A stretch of 64,000 bases of DNA from Candidatus Eiseniibacteriota bacterium (GTDB lineage: Bacteria > Eisenbacteria > RBG-16-71-46 > SZUA-252). A model generated the notes under the pieces. The model was not told where the DNA came from, made no database searches, and saw only the letters and a list, made by a program, of their open reading frames with translations. The translations under genes and the position numbers were made by a program. The stretch lies in contig OY969801.1 in the NCBI GenBank assembly GCA_963703225.1, positions 2,560,001-2,624,000 on the forward strand. Reading direction: 5' to 3'. This document shows, piece after piece, positions 19,694-29,629 of the stretch. Position 1 is the stretch's first letter; every line of letters begins with the position of its first letter.

Positions 19694-22190
19694 CTACCGG
19701 GCGAGAACGAGGCGCCGCACGATCGTTTCCTCGCCTACGGTGGCGTGGATCCAGTAGACCCCGCTCGCCGACGCCAACCCGCGGGAATTCCTCCCGTTCC
19801 ACCGGAGGGTCAAAGGCCCCGCCGTGGCCACGCCGTCGTAGAGCTTCGCGACGAACCGTCCAGCCACGTCGTAGACCGCCACGCGCGTGGGCCCCGCGTC
19901 GCGCAGCCGAAGCGAGATCGAAGCCGACGCCCGGGCTCGGGTTGGGCCAAGGCGCGCCCACCGTGACGAGCGGCGACGAATCGGGCCCTCCCACGACCGG
20001 CGTCGGCAGGAGCGACGCGTCGTGGACCTCGAGATCGTCGATGGCCGCCTCCACCACCGAGCCCACCCCCTCGTCCTGCGCGATGAAGCGGACCCGTACC
20101 GTGGCTCCCGGCACGATGTAGCTTCTCACGCGGATCATCTCCGCGTGCCATTCGGGATGGCTGTCGCGGATGGTGAGCGCACGGACCCAGTTGACGCCGT
20201 CCGAGGAGATATCGATCAGGAGCGAGTCCGGCTCGCCGGGGGTGTTCATGTAGTACCACCGCTGAAAGCCGATCATCGGCTCGGTCATTCCGGAGATGTT
20301 GATCGGGGGCGTCGTCAGCGTGGTCTTCCCGTTGTCGACGTCGGCGTCGGCCGGGAGACCGCCGGGTGCTCCGTTCCCGGTGACGAAGCAGAACCCGGTC
20401 CCGGGCGTGGCATCGTCGTCAGGCTGAACCGGCCCCTCCGCGCCGTAACCCCCCTCTCCGGGCTCGGGGTGCTGCGGCGCTCCCGGCGCGCGCGCGCCGA
20501 GGAACGGCGCCGCGGGCGAGGTTGGCTTGAACGTGGACGACAGATCGGAGCCGACCGGCTCGGCCCGCACCCAGAGCCCGCCAATCGCGTTGTCCCCCGC
20601 CGCGCTGAGCGACCACCCTTTGTCCGTGTCGCACGAGTCGTACCAGGCCGCGCTCGATAGGCTCCAGTTCTCCGTCATGGCGCCGCCGGGCTGCATGGTG
20701 ATGATCCGCTCCTGCGGCGCGTACCCGGCGCGGTCGCAGATGACGCGATAGGTTCCCGGCGGCGTGCCCGCGAGGCTGTAGCTCCCCACCGCGTCGCCGG
20801 TCGCACCGAGCGGCGTGCCGTGATCTCCGATCGTCGCACCCGGGATCGGCGCCGAATCGGAAGCACGCCGGACGACGCCGGAGATGGACCCCGCGGGCTC
20901 GGGCAGGAGCGTCACGTTGGTGGAGTCGTTCACCCCCACGGCCGTCGTGATGTTCACCACCGCCGTCTTGTACCCGAATTTCTTCATGCGGAGGGCGTGA
21001 GCCCCCGGCGAGAGCGCCAGGCGGGCCGCGCCAAATCCCTGGGTGCGGGTGGAATCGGCCTCGCCCACCGCCACGATGTCGACGCCGGACAGCGGGACAA
21101 ACGCCCCGTCTCGCACCCGGACCTTGATCGTCCCGTAATTGGGCGTGGAGCGGAAGACGAAGAGGCCGTTCTCGATATCGCTGGCGATGAACGTCCCCGA
21201 AGGAAAGGACGCTGCCACCTCCCAGACGCCGTGGAAGCCACCCGAAAAGCCTGCGTAGGTGTCGTAGTAGCCCCACTCCGCGGGGAGGGACGGATCGGTC
21301 AGGTCGAACAGGCGCACCCCCTCGGTGTAGTAGGCGACGAAGGCCGTGTCGCGCTTGACGTGCACGTTGTGCACGATGGCGAGCGGGTTGACCGTGATCT
21401 CCTGGACCATGGGATGCGTCATGACGTTCTGCATGTCAAAGACCTTCATGGTTCCGTAGTTCTGCTCGTCGCAAACGTAGAGGTAGCGGCCGTTCCGCGA
21501 AGTCTCGGCGCTGTGCGTGCGCGCCCCCGGATAGGTCCACGAGACGATGTCCACCGGTCCGGACGGATCGGAGAAATCGAAGATCCGCATCGTCGCGCTC
21601 GAGATGCAGCTCGCGTAGAGCGTGTCGTTCCTCACCCAGCTGTCGTGGACGTAGTCGAAGGCGTAGGCCCCGATTTCCACCGGGTTCTCCGGCTCCGCGA
21701 GCGACAGGATGCGCACCCCGGTCGGGATCCCGTCCAGGCGCGTGCCGTTCAGGATCAGAAGCGCCCGCGTCGTGTCGACGGTAACCGTGTGCGCGCGATT
21801 GAAGTTGGTGGTGTAGGTCTTGACCAGCACCGGGTGCTCGGGGTCGGTCATGCGAACGATCTGGATTCCGCCGCCCGCCGCCTCCGTCGAGACGTAGACC
21901 CAGTTCCGGTACTGCTTCATCTCCCTCCAGGCAGAGGTGAGGCCTGGAATGAACGCCACCTCGTAGGAGGCCGTCGGGTTGGTGACGTTGACGATCGACG
22001 TGCCGATGTCGACGCCCACGATCGCGTACTCCCGCCCGTCGGAGTGGACGTAGGCGCAGCAGGCAGAATTGGCGACGTAGGGATCGAGGTGGGCCAAGAG
22101 GGTCACGTTTCGAGAGACCGCCGCGCGCGATTCGACCGGGGCGAGGGCGTGGAGGGTCACGAGGGTGATCGCGGCCGCGATGACGCGCAT
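19694..22190 (-). CDS. Large secreted protein: choice-of-anchor-B/LVIVD-like beta-propeller, carboxypeptidase-regulatory-like domains and an FlgD-Ig C-terminal domain; frameshift at ~19925
   Basis: Signal peptide; GREYAIVG, WREMK.Y, YVHDSWV and IVHNVHV repeats. The C-terminus reads PNP...YDVAGR.V..L...WNG...ASGVYW after a one-base correction. Confidence 0.7.
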
Positions 22191-22266
22191 GCGAGACGGG
22201 CATGGATGCAAGGGTCGGAACTCCGCGCGGACGCCGGCCGGGGGATCTGCGTCGCGCCGATCCAGC

Positions 22267-23253
22267 TTACACCCAGCCGACCTCACGGTACCAGGCCGCC
22301 GTTCGGGCGAGGCCGTCCTGGAGCGAGACCTCGGGCTTCCACCCGAGCTGGCTCCGGATCTTGGCCGAGGAGCAAATCCAGTCCCCCGCCGCGATCTCGG
22401 AGAGCTTTTGGCGGCTGAGCAGAGGGGACCGACCCCGGATCGAGCCCCAGACCTCGGCGCCCAGGGCACCGGCCTGGAGCAGGAGCATCGGCGGGCTGAC
22501 GGTGACGGTCCAGGTGCCGAGGGCGCGTTTCACGGCCTCGCCCGCCGCGCGGTAGTCCGTGACGTCCGGCTCCGACGCGAAGTAGACCTGGCCGGCGGCG
22601 CTCGGGTGCCTGAGCGCCAACACGATCGCCCGCGCGAGATCCTCCACGTAGATCAACGAGAAGCGCCCTCCCCGGTGGAGGACCGGCAGCATGTGGTGTT
22701 TCACACAGGCGAAGAGCTTGACGAGCGCGCGGTCCCTCGGGCCGTAGACGGCCGGAGGCCGGATCGCCACGACCGGGATCCTATCCTTGAGGAGCATCGT
22801 CAACTCTTCGGAGCGGAGTTTGCTTACACCGTAGGCAGAGACCGGATCGGGCCGCTCCGTCTCGGTAACCGCGCGCCCTTCCAACGCGGGGCCCGCGGCC
22901 GCCTGGCTCGAGACGAGCAGGAAGCGCTGGAGCTGCCCGCCGGCCTCCACCGCGGCGCGGAGGATTCGCTCCGTCCCGCCCACGTTCACTTCCTGAAACT
23001 CACGCGTCGAGCGGGCGTGGGTCAATCCCGCGGCGTGGACGATCCAGGTGGCACCCCGAACCGAATCGGTCAGCCGCGCCACGTCGCGCTGATCGAGGCG
23101 CTGGATCTCCACCGGCTTCGCGTCGAGCCAGCGGGTCGAAGAACCGGGACGGAGCAGGCATCGGACGCGCGCCCCCTGGCGCAACAGCTCGTCGGCGATG
23201 TGGCTTCCGACGAAGCCGGACGCGCCCGTGACCACCGCAAGCTCCCCGCTCAC
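22267..23253 (-). CDS. Extended-SDR NAD(P)-dependent epimerase/dehydratase; candidate ceramide (3-oxo) reductase CerR
   Basis: VTGASGFVG, HAAG, SSQAAAGP, YGVSK and RPP.VYGP motifs. It overlaps the upstream GNAT gene in the spt operon, and the specific function is inferred from that context. Confidence 0.75.
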   Translation of the reverse strand: MSGELAVVTGASGFVGSHIADELLRQGARVRCLLRPGSSTRWLDAKPVEIQRLDQRDVARLTDSVRGATWIVHAAGLTHARSTREFQEVNVGGTERILRAAVEAGGQLQRFLLVSSQAAAGPALEGRAVTETERPDPVSAYGVSKLRSEELTMLLKDRIPVVAIRPPAVYGPRDRALVKLFACVKHHMLPVLHRGGRFSLIYVEDLARAIVLALRHPSAAGQVYFASEPDVTDYRAAGEAVKRALGTWTVTVSPPMLLLQAGALGAEVWGSIRGRSPLLSRQKLSEIAAGDWICSSAKIRSQLGWKPEVSLQDGLARTAAWYREVGWV

Positions 23254-24362
23254 GGGGAGAGGCGGCGCTCGTAAATCCGGTATACAGAGGCCCGCACGCC
23301 GCCCATGGCTTCGGCCAGCTGGTTCACCGCGTCATTGTCTTCAAGTGTCCAGCCGATCTCGGCGGTGTGGTACCCGCGGTCGCGGGCCGCCTCGGCCAGC
23401 TCGCCCACCAGGAGCGGCGCCACGCCCTTCTTCCGCCAATCCGCGCGGATGCCGAGCGCCATGATGCGAAATTCCCGAATGCGCGGGAGGGTCCAGAGGA
23501 GCTTGACGATCCCGAACGGAAAGAGGCGCCCTCCCACCTTCTGGAACGCGATGTTCACGTCGGGGACGAGGAGACCGAACCCCACGGGCTCCCCGTCGAC
23601 TTCGGCGAACCGGACCAGGTCGGCGACCACGGCCGGCTTGAGCTGCGCCGCCATGTGGTCGATCTCCTTATCGGTCATCGGGACAAAGCCCCAATTCCGC
23701 TCCCACGCCGAGTTGTAGACCACCTTGAGCCGTCCCAGCTCCTCGTCAAAGCGCCTCATGTTGAGCGGTCGGGTCTTCACCTCCACGTGGCGACGCGCCA
23801 TCGAGGCCATCCGCGCGTAGACGGCCGGCAGCCTCTGCGGAACGGGGCACTGAAAGGAGAAGAGGTCCTTGGCCTTGGCGAACCCGGCGCGTTCGATCCA
23901 CGCGGCGTACTCGGGCAAGTTGTAGGGCATGAGGAGCGCGGGGCGGCGGGCGAACCCATCGACGAGGAGCCCGCACTCGTCGTTGGTCGTGAAGCTCATC
24001 GGGCCGCGCAGCACCTCGGCCTGCCTCGTGCGGCTCCACGACTCCGCCGCGGACAGGAGCGCCGCGGCCACCTCAGCCGAGGCGGCCTCAAAGAATCCGA
24101 AGGTGGCCTGCCGCTCTCCGTGAAACGAATCGTAGTTCTTGTCCACCGACGCGGAAACACGGCCGACCACGCGCCCATTCTCGCGGGCGAGGAAGTAGGC
24201 GGCCTCGGCGTGCTCGAAGTAGGGGTTCTTGCCGGGGGTCAGCCGGACATGCTCGTCCGATGGAAGGGGCGCGACCCAGTAGCGATTGCCTTTGTAATGC
24301 TCGTAGGGAAAGCGGATGAAGCTCTTGAGATCGACCGAGCCCTGGATCGGGATGACGTCCAT
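23250..24362 (-). CDS. GNAT-fold N-acyltransferase; candidate bacterial ceramide synthase (bCerS/YghO-like)
   Basis: FGFFEA, GPMSFTTNDECGLLVDGF, MPYN.PEY, AWERNWGFVPMT and EIGWTLEDN motifs; immediately downstream of spt. Confidence 0.8.
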   Translation of the reverse strand: MDVIPIQGSVDLKSFIRFPYEHYKGNRYWVAPLPSDEHVRLTPGKNPYFEHAEAAYFLARENGRVVGRVSASVDKNYDSFHGERQATFGFFEAASAEVAAALLSAAESWSRTRQAEVLRGPMSFTTNDECGLLVDGFARRPALLMPYNLPEYAAWIERAGFAKAKDLFSFQCPVPQRLPAVYARMASMARRHVEVKTRPLNMRRFDEELGRLKVVYNSAWERNWGFVPMTDKEIDHMAAQLKPAVVADLVRFAEVDGEPVGFGLLVPDVNIAFQKVGGRLFPFGIVKLLWTLPRIREFRIMALGIRADWRKKGVAPLLVGELAEAARDRGYHTAEIGWTLEDNDAVNQLAEAMGGVRASVYRIYERRLSP

Positions 24363-24380
24363 GCGATCCCTGTGGGGCGG

Positions 24381-25583
24381 CTAGCTCGCCTTGGAGGCCA
24401 GCTCCAGGCCGACCTCTTGGTGCACCTCCCCGACGACCCGGAGAATGTAGTCGAGCTGCTCGTCGTTGTGCGACGCCATGTACGAGGTGCGCAGCAGATC
24501 GCGGCCCGGCGGGACGGCGGGCGTCAGGATCGCGTTCACGAAGACGCCGCGGTCGAGAATCTTTCTCCAGACCTGCATCGTCTTCATGCGATCTCCGATG
24601 AAAATGGGGACGATCGGTGTCTCGGCTCCCGATCCCACCTCGAGGCCCTGAGCCCGGAAGCCGCTCCTCATCTTGACGGAGATCTGGTGGAGGCGTTCGC
24701 GGAGCTGGGGCTCGGATTCGATGATATCGAGCGACGCCAGCGCCGCGGCCACGCTGGAAGGCGTCATGCTCGCGCTGAAGATGAGCGCGCGCGCGTGGTG
24801 GCGCAGATAATCCATGACCGATCGAGGGCCCGCGATGAAACCCCCGAGAGAAGCAAACGACTTGCTGAAGGTCCCCATGACCAGGTCCACCTGATCCTCC
24901 ACGCCCATCGCCTCGCAAGCCCCCGCGCCCCGCGCGCCCAGAACGCCGATTCCGTGCGCGTCGTCCACGAGGAGCCGGGCGCCGTACTCGCGCGCCAGCC
25001 GCACGATGTCGGCCAGCGGAGCCAGATCGCCCTCCATGCTGTAGACGCCGTCCACGACGACCAGTTTCCCGGCCTGCTGGGGAACGGACCCCAGGACGCG
25101 CTCGAGATCGGCGACGTCGTTATGGCGGAACCGCTTCACGTCGCCGTACGAGAGCCGGGCCCCATCGACGATGCAGGCGTGGGCGTCCTTGTCCAGGATG
25201 ACCACGTCCCCCTTGTCGACCAGGGCCGACACGCTTCCCAGGTTGGTCAGGTAACCGGTCGAATAGACGAGCGCCGCCTCCTTGCGCATGAACTTGGCGA
25301 GCCGCTCCTCCAGCTGCACGTGGAGCTCGAGGGTCCCGTTCAGGAAGCGCGAGCCGTTGTTGGAGGTCCCGAACTTGCGAAGCGCTTCCTCGGCCGCGGC
25401 CATCACCTTGGGGTGCTTGGTCAGACCGAGATAGTTGTTGGATCCAGCCATGATCAGCCGTTTGCCGGCGATCGTGACCTCGGTGCCGTGGTTGTCGGAA
25501 ATGGGGAGAAAATATGGATAGAACCCGGCCCGCTGGACGAGCCGATGTTCCTTGAACGCATTGCACTTATCGAATAAATCCAC
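24381..25583 (-). CDS. spt: Serine palmitoyltransferase (alpha-oxoamine synthase family); alternative ATG start at 25607
   Basis: DLFDKC...AGFYPYF, GSNNYLGLT, GSRFLNGTL.LH, VDGVYSMEGD, DDAHG and the PLP-lysine motif GTFSKS. Confidence 0.82.
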   Translation of the reverse strand: MDLFDKCNAFKEHRLVQRAGFYPYFLPISDNHGTEVTIAGKRLIMAGSNNYLGLTKHPKVMAAAEEALRKFGTSNNGSRFLNGTLELHVQLEERLAKFMRKEAALVYSTGYLTNLGSVSALVDKGDVVILDKDAHACIVDGARLSYGDVKRFRHNDVADLERVLGSVPQQAGKLVVVDGVYSMEGDLAPLADIVRLAREYGARLLVDDAHGIGVLGARGAGACEAMGVEDQVDLVMGTFSKSFASLGGFIAGPRSVMDYLRHHARALIFSASMTPSSVAAALASLDIIESEPQLRERLHQISVKMRSGFRAQGLEVGSGAETPIVPIFIGDRMKTMQVWRKILDRGVFVNAILTPAVPPGRDLLRTSYMASHNDEQLDYILRVVGEVHQEVGLELASKAS

Positions 25584-25739
25584 GTTTACCCTGCGATTTG
25601 AGGTCATGGGGTCGTTAGAAGCTGGTTGGCGCCGTTGGAAATGGGTGAAGGGGGGACGATACCGGTTTCCTCGGGTTTCGTCAATCGGGTAGAGTTCCCA
25701 TCGCGAAGTCAGCGCTTTGTTAACCAAGGGAGAGAATCC

Positions 25740-26726
25740 ATGCGCCCCACGATCCGCGCGCTCAGCGTCCTGGCCCTGCTCGCCCTTCCGGCGAGCGCCC
25801 AAGCGACCTTTTCCATCGTGGCCCGGGACTCGGCGACCGGCGACATCGGCGTCGCGGTCCAGTCGCACTACTTCGCGGTCGGGCCGATCGTTCCCTGGGC
25901 CGAGCCCGGAATCGGCGCGGTGGCCACCCAATCGTTGGTCGAGGTGAGCTACGGCCCCAAGGGGCTCGAGCTGATGCGAGACGGCCGGAGCGCGGACCAG
26001 GCTCTGCGTGAGCTCTTGGGACAGGACGAGCACGCGGACGTGAGGCAGGTGGCGATGGTCGATTCGAGGGGCCAGGTGGCCGCCCACACCGGCGCCAATT
26101 GCATCCCCGACGCGGGGGACACGACCGGAAACGGCTATTCCGTCCAGGCGAATCTGATGGCGAATCGGAAGGTCTGGCCCGCCATGGCGCGGGCCTACGA
26201 GGCCTCCACGGGAGACCTCGCGGAGCGGCTCCTTGCCGCGCTCGAGGCCGGGCAGAAAGCGGGCGGCGACATCCGGGGTCAGCAATCGGCGGCCATCGTG
26301 ATCGTCAAGGGGAAGCGATCGAACCGTCCCTGGGCCGACCGGGTCATGGACCTCCGGGTGGAGGACAGCAAGCAGCCGATCACGGAGCTGCGCCGCCTGG
26401 TGACGCTCTGGCGCGCGTACCGAAATGTGGACGAGGGGGACGCCCTGATCACCGAGGGCAAGGTGGAGGAGGCGATGAAAGCCTACTCCCAGGCCGCCCA
26501 TCTGGCGCCCGGAAACGATGAGATCCTCTTCTGGCAGGCGGTGACGCTCTGGAAGCTGGGCCGGGAGAAGGACGCCACGCCGATCTTCCGGAAGGTGTTC
26601 GCGCGCGACCGCCGATGGGTCGAGCTGGTGCCGCGACTGGTCCCGTCGGGCCTGCTCGACAACGATCCGGCTTCAATCCGGAGAATCGAAGCGCTCGCGC
26701 CGCCGGCAAAAAAGAAACACCCATGA
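25740..26726 (+). CDS. Secreted DUF1028 (Ntn-hydrolase-like) protein with C-terminal TPR
   Basis: Signal peptide followed by TFSIVARD; GVAVQS, GAVATQ, GGDIRGQQSAA and DLRVED motifs; TPR-like tail. Confidence 0.85.
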   Translation: MRPTIRALSVLALLALPASAQATFSIVARDSATGDIGVAVQSHYFAVGPIVPWAEPGIGAVATQSLVEVSYGPKGLELMRDGRSADQALRELLGQDEHADVRQVAMVDSRGQVAAHTGANCIPDAGDTTGNGYSVQANLMANRKVWPAMARAYEASTGDLAERLLAALEAGQKAGGDIRGQQSAAIVIVKGKRSNRPWADRVMDLRVEDSKQPITELRRLVTLWRAYRNVDEGDALITEGKVEEAMKAYSQAAHLAPGNDEILFWQAVTLWKLGREKDATPIFRKVFARDRRWVELVPRLVPSGLLDNDPASIRRIEALAPPAKKKHP

Positions 26727-26850
26727 TTCCCCGGTCGATTCATTGCATCGAAACGAGAGAAGGCCCAGAATGGGTTTGTTCGCTAGGGCTCTGCCTCGGA
26801 TCGCCGGGGCCGCATCGAGCCACACCCCGACGACGTATCGGAGGAGCACC

Positions 26851-28029
26851 ATGACGGAGCGCACCGCGCCCCCACCGAGTCCCACCAGCATGCCCTCGAT
26901 CCCCTACGTCCCGGGGCTCGACGGCGTGCCCGCGGCCAAATCGAGCATTTGCTGGATTGACGGAGACCAGGGAGTGCTCGAGTACCGGGGCTACCCGATC
27001 GAGGACCTGGCGGAGCACAGCAGCTTCGAGGAGACGTCCCACATGCTCCTCTGGGGAAAGCTCCCGCCGCGCGCCGAGCTCGACAAGTTCACCCGCGACC
27101 TGGCGAGCAATCGCGACGTCCGCTTCCGGCTGATCGATCTCCTCAAGTGCCTTCCCGATACGGGCCACCCAATGGAGGCGCTGCAGGCGTCGATCGCGGC
27201 CCTGGGAATGTTCTACCCCGACCGGGACGTGAACAAGCCGGAGGATCGATACAACTCCGCGGTCCGGATCATCGCCAAGGCGCCGACCCTCGTCGCGGCG
27301 TTTCACCGCCTGAGCCACGGCAAGGACTACATCCCGCCCAAGGAAGAGCACTCGCACGCGGCCAACTTCCTCTACATGCTGACCGGCGAGGATCCCGATC
27401 CGGAAATCGCGCGCGTGATGGATATCTGCTTCATCCTCCACGCCGAGCATTCCATGAACGCCTCGACCTTTGCCGGACGCGTCACGGCCTCGACGCTCGC
27501 GGATCCCTACACGGTGGTCTCCTCCGCCATCGGCGCCCTCACCGGGCCCCTCCATGGAGGCGCGAACGAGCAGGTGATCCACATGCTCCAGGGGATCGGG
27601 GATGTCGAGAAGGCCCGCTTCTACATCGAGGACCTGATCGCGCGGAAACAGAAGATCATGGGAATCGGCCACCGGATCTACCGCGTCAAGGATCCCCGCG
27701 CCCTCGTGCTCCAGAAGCTCGCGGCGCAGATGATCGCGAGGCGGGGCGGCGATCCGCTTCTCGCGGTCGCGCAGGAAGTGGAAAAGGTCGTGGCCGAGCA
27801 CCTGGCGGCGAAGCGCATCTACCCGAACGTCGACTTCTACTCCGGGGTTGTCTACACGGCCATGGGGCTCCCGGCCGCGCTCTTCACCCCGATCTTCGCC
27901 ATCGCGCGCATCACGGGTTGGCTGGCCCACTGGATTGAGCAACTTCAAGATAACCGCATCTACCGCCCGGACCAGATCTACACCGGCCCCCACAACGTGC
28001 CCTACATTCCGGTGGAGGAGCGGGTCTAA
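26851..28029 (+). CDS. gltA: Citrate synthase (or 2-methylcitrate synthase)
   Basis: GLDGV, LEYRGY, HAEHSMNAST, GPLHGGANE, MGIGHR.Y and YPNVDFYSG motifs. Confidence 0.9.
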   Translation: MTERTAPPPSPTSMPSIPYVPGLDGVPAAKSSICWIDGDQGVLEYRGYPIEDLAEHSSFEETSHMLLWGKLPPRAELDKFTRDLASNRDVRFRLIDLLKCLPDTGHPMEALQASIAALGMFYPDRDVNKPEDRYNSAVRIIAKAPTLVAAFHRLSHGKDYIPPKEEHSHAANFLYMLTGEDPDPEIARVMDICFILHAEHSMNASTFAGRVTASTLADPYTVVSSAIGALTGPLHGGANEQVIHMLQGIGDVEKARFYIEDLIARKQKIMGIGHRIYRVKDPRALVLQKLAAQMIARRGGDPLLAVAQEVEKVVAEHLAAKRIYPNVDFYSGVVYTAMGLPAALFTPIFAIARITGWLAHWIEQLQDNRIYRPDQIYTGPHNVPYIPVEERV

Positions 28030-28045
28030 GGCCGGACCGCTCGTC

Positions 28046-28828
28046 GTGTGCACGGTGATCATCGGGCTCCAGATCCTGGGGCCCCACACGGTGGTCCTCG
28101 GCGCGAATCGGGATGAGTCCCCCGATCGTCCCTCGGCGGGCCCCGGCGTTCTGATCGAGCACCCGCGCGTCGTCGGAGGACGGGACCTTCTCTCCGGCGG
28201 AACCTGGCTCGCCGTGCGCGAGGCGCGCTTCATCTCCGCGCTGATGAACCGGCGGCCCCTCGCCGGAGCCTCTGTCGACCCCGCTTCGTTTCGCTCGCGC
28301 GGCCTTCTCTGCCTCGATGTGGCGAGGGCACGGGTGCCCCTCCACGCTCCCGCCGCGATCGACCCTGGGACGGGAGAGGCGCATCCACCCCGCCTCGACG
28401 CCGCGCTCCGAATGCTCGCGGCCGATCGCTACGCCCACTGCACGCTCCTGGGCGTCGACACGGAAGGCGCATGGGCGATCCACTCGGGGCACGGCGCGAG
28501 CCCCGAGGTGGCCTCCATCGACGCGGGGTGGCACGTAATCACGCACCAAGACTTGGACGACCGCGCGGAGCCCCGCACGGCGCGGCTCTTGGAACGGCTC
28601 GAGGGAGCAAGGCCGGCGAGCGTGGAGGCGGCGTTCACGCTGCTGGGCGATCTCCTCCGCGGACACGGGGAGAACGGCGATCCCCCGGTCTGCCTCCACC
28701 GCGACCGCTTCCCCACGGTCTCGAGCAGCCTGCTCGCGCTCGGCGCGATCGATCGGCCCCGCTACCTCCACGCCGCGGGACCGCCCTGCGTCACCCCCTA
28801 CGAGGACTTCTCGACGCTGCTCGTGTAG
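28046..28828 (+). CDS. NRDE/TANGO2 family protein
   Basis: MCT start; ANRDE, GGRDL..GGTWL, SRGLL and TVSS motifs. Confidence 0.88.
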   Translation: MCTVIIGLQILGPHTVVLGANRDESPDRPSAGPGVLIEHPRVVGGRDLLSGGTWLAVREARFISALMNRRPLAGASVDPASFRSRGLLCLDVARARVPLHAPAAIDPGTGEAHPPRLDAALRMLAADRYAHCTLLGVDTEGAWAIHSGHGASPEVASIDAGWHVITHQDLDDRAEPRTARLLERLEGARPASVEAAFTLLGDLLRGHGENGDPPVCLHRDRFPTVSSSLLALGAIDRPRYLHAAGPPCVTPYEDFSTLLV

Positions 28829-28842
28829 GCGTCCCGGAAACG

Positions 28843-29532
28843 CTACTTGGGACGGCCGCGACGAGACGGCCGGGCGCTGACGAGGACGAGGTCCGCGAGG
28901 TCGGGGTCAATGGCGCAGCGGCGCGCGCCCACTTGGAGCGTGATCGGGCCACGGAAGGGAGCCCGCTCCAGCACCTTCACCCGAGCGCCGGGGAGGAGCC
29001 CGAGGGAGACCATGTAGCGGAGCTTATCGGCGTGTCGATCGCTCACCCGGGCCACCGTGGTCGCCACGCCGGGCGCCACCTTGGAGAGCGGAATCCCCTT
29101 GAGGCGCTCGAGCGTACCCCCCTTGGTCGGGATCGGGTCCCCGTGCGGATCGTGCTTCGGATCGCCGAGGGCCCGCGAGAGGAGGTCCTCCATGTCGTCG
29201 CTCAGGACATGCTCGAGCCGCTCCGCCTCCTTGTCGACCCGCTCCAGGGGGACCCCGAGGCGCGTGTAGAGGTAGAGCTCCCAGAGACGATGATGCCTGA
29301 CGATCTCCAGGGCGATCTTCCGGCCCCGCGGGGTGAGGGTCACCCCTCCGTACCGCGTGTAATGGAGGAGCCGCATCCCCTTGAGTTTCTGGACCATCCC
29401 GGTGACCGAGGGGGCCGAGATCCCCAGCTGGGCCGCGATATCACCCACCGGGACCTTCCCGCCGCCGGCCTGGTGGCTCAATTTCCAGATCGCCTTGAGG
29501 TAATCCTCGACGGCGTGGGTGACATTCGGCAT
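28843..29532 (-). CDS. DtxR/MntR-family metal-dependent repressor with FeoA-like C-terminal domain
   Basis: EDYLKAI, SVT.M...L, RHHRLWE.YL, EAERLEH and DPHGDPIP motifs. Confidence 0.92.
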   Translation of the reverse strand: MPNVTHAVEDYLKAIWKLSHQAGGGKVPVGDIAAQLGISAPSVTGMVQKLKGMRLLHYTRYGGVTLTPRGRKIALEIVRHHRLWELYLYTRLGVPLERVDKEAERLEHVLSDDMEDLLSRALGDPKHDPHGDPIPTKGGTLERLKGIPLSKVAPGVATTVARVSDRHADKLRYMVSLGLLPGARVKVLERAPFRGPITLQVGARRCAIDPDLADLVLVSARPSRRGRPK

Positions 29533-29593
29533 GGCTCCTCCGCGGCGCGGGCGGCCGGGCTCGGCCGCTCCTCCCGGGACGGTACAATCGATC

Positions 29594-29622
29594 TTGACAT
29601 TTAGGGTAGCCTAAAGGAATAT
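29594..29622 (+). promoter_or_regulatory. Promoter with a DtxR/MntR(SirR)-type operator in the spacer
   Basis: TTGACA (29594-29599), 17-nt spacer and GAATAT. The palindrome TTTAGG-GTAG-CCTAAA (29600-29615) matches the TTAGG-N4-CCTAA pattern of DtxR-family boxes. Confidence 0.75.
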
Positions 29623-29629
29623 GAGGGGG

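Noticed and set aside
24381..25583. BioF or Kbl instead of Spt
   Set aside because: The YPYF N-terminal motif, GTFSKS and the adjacent bCerS-like and SDR genes favour Spt, and no bio or tdh genes are nearby. Not fully excluded without a tree.
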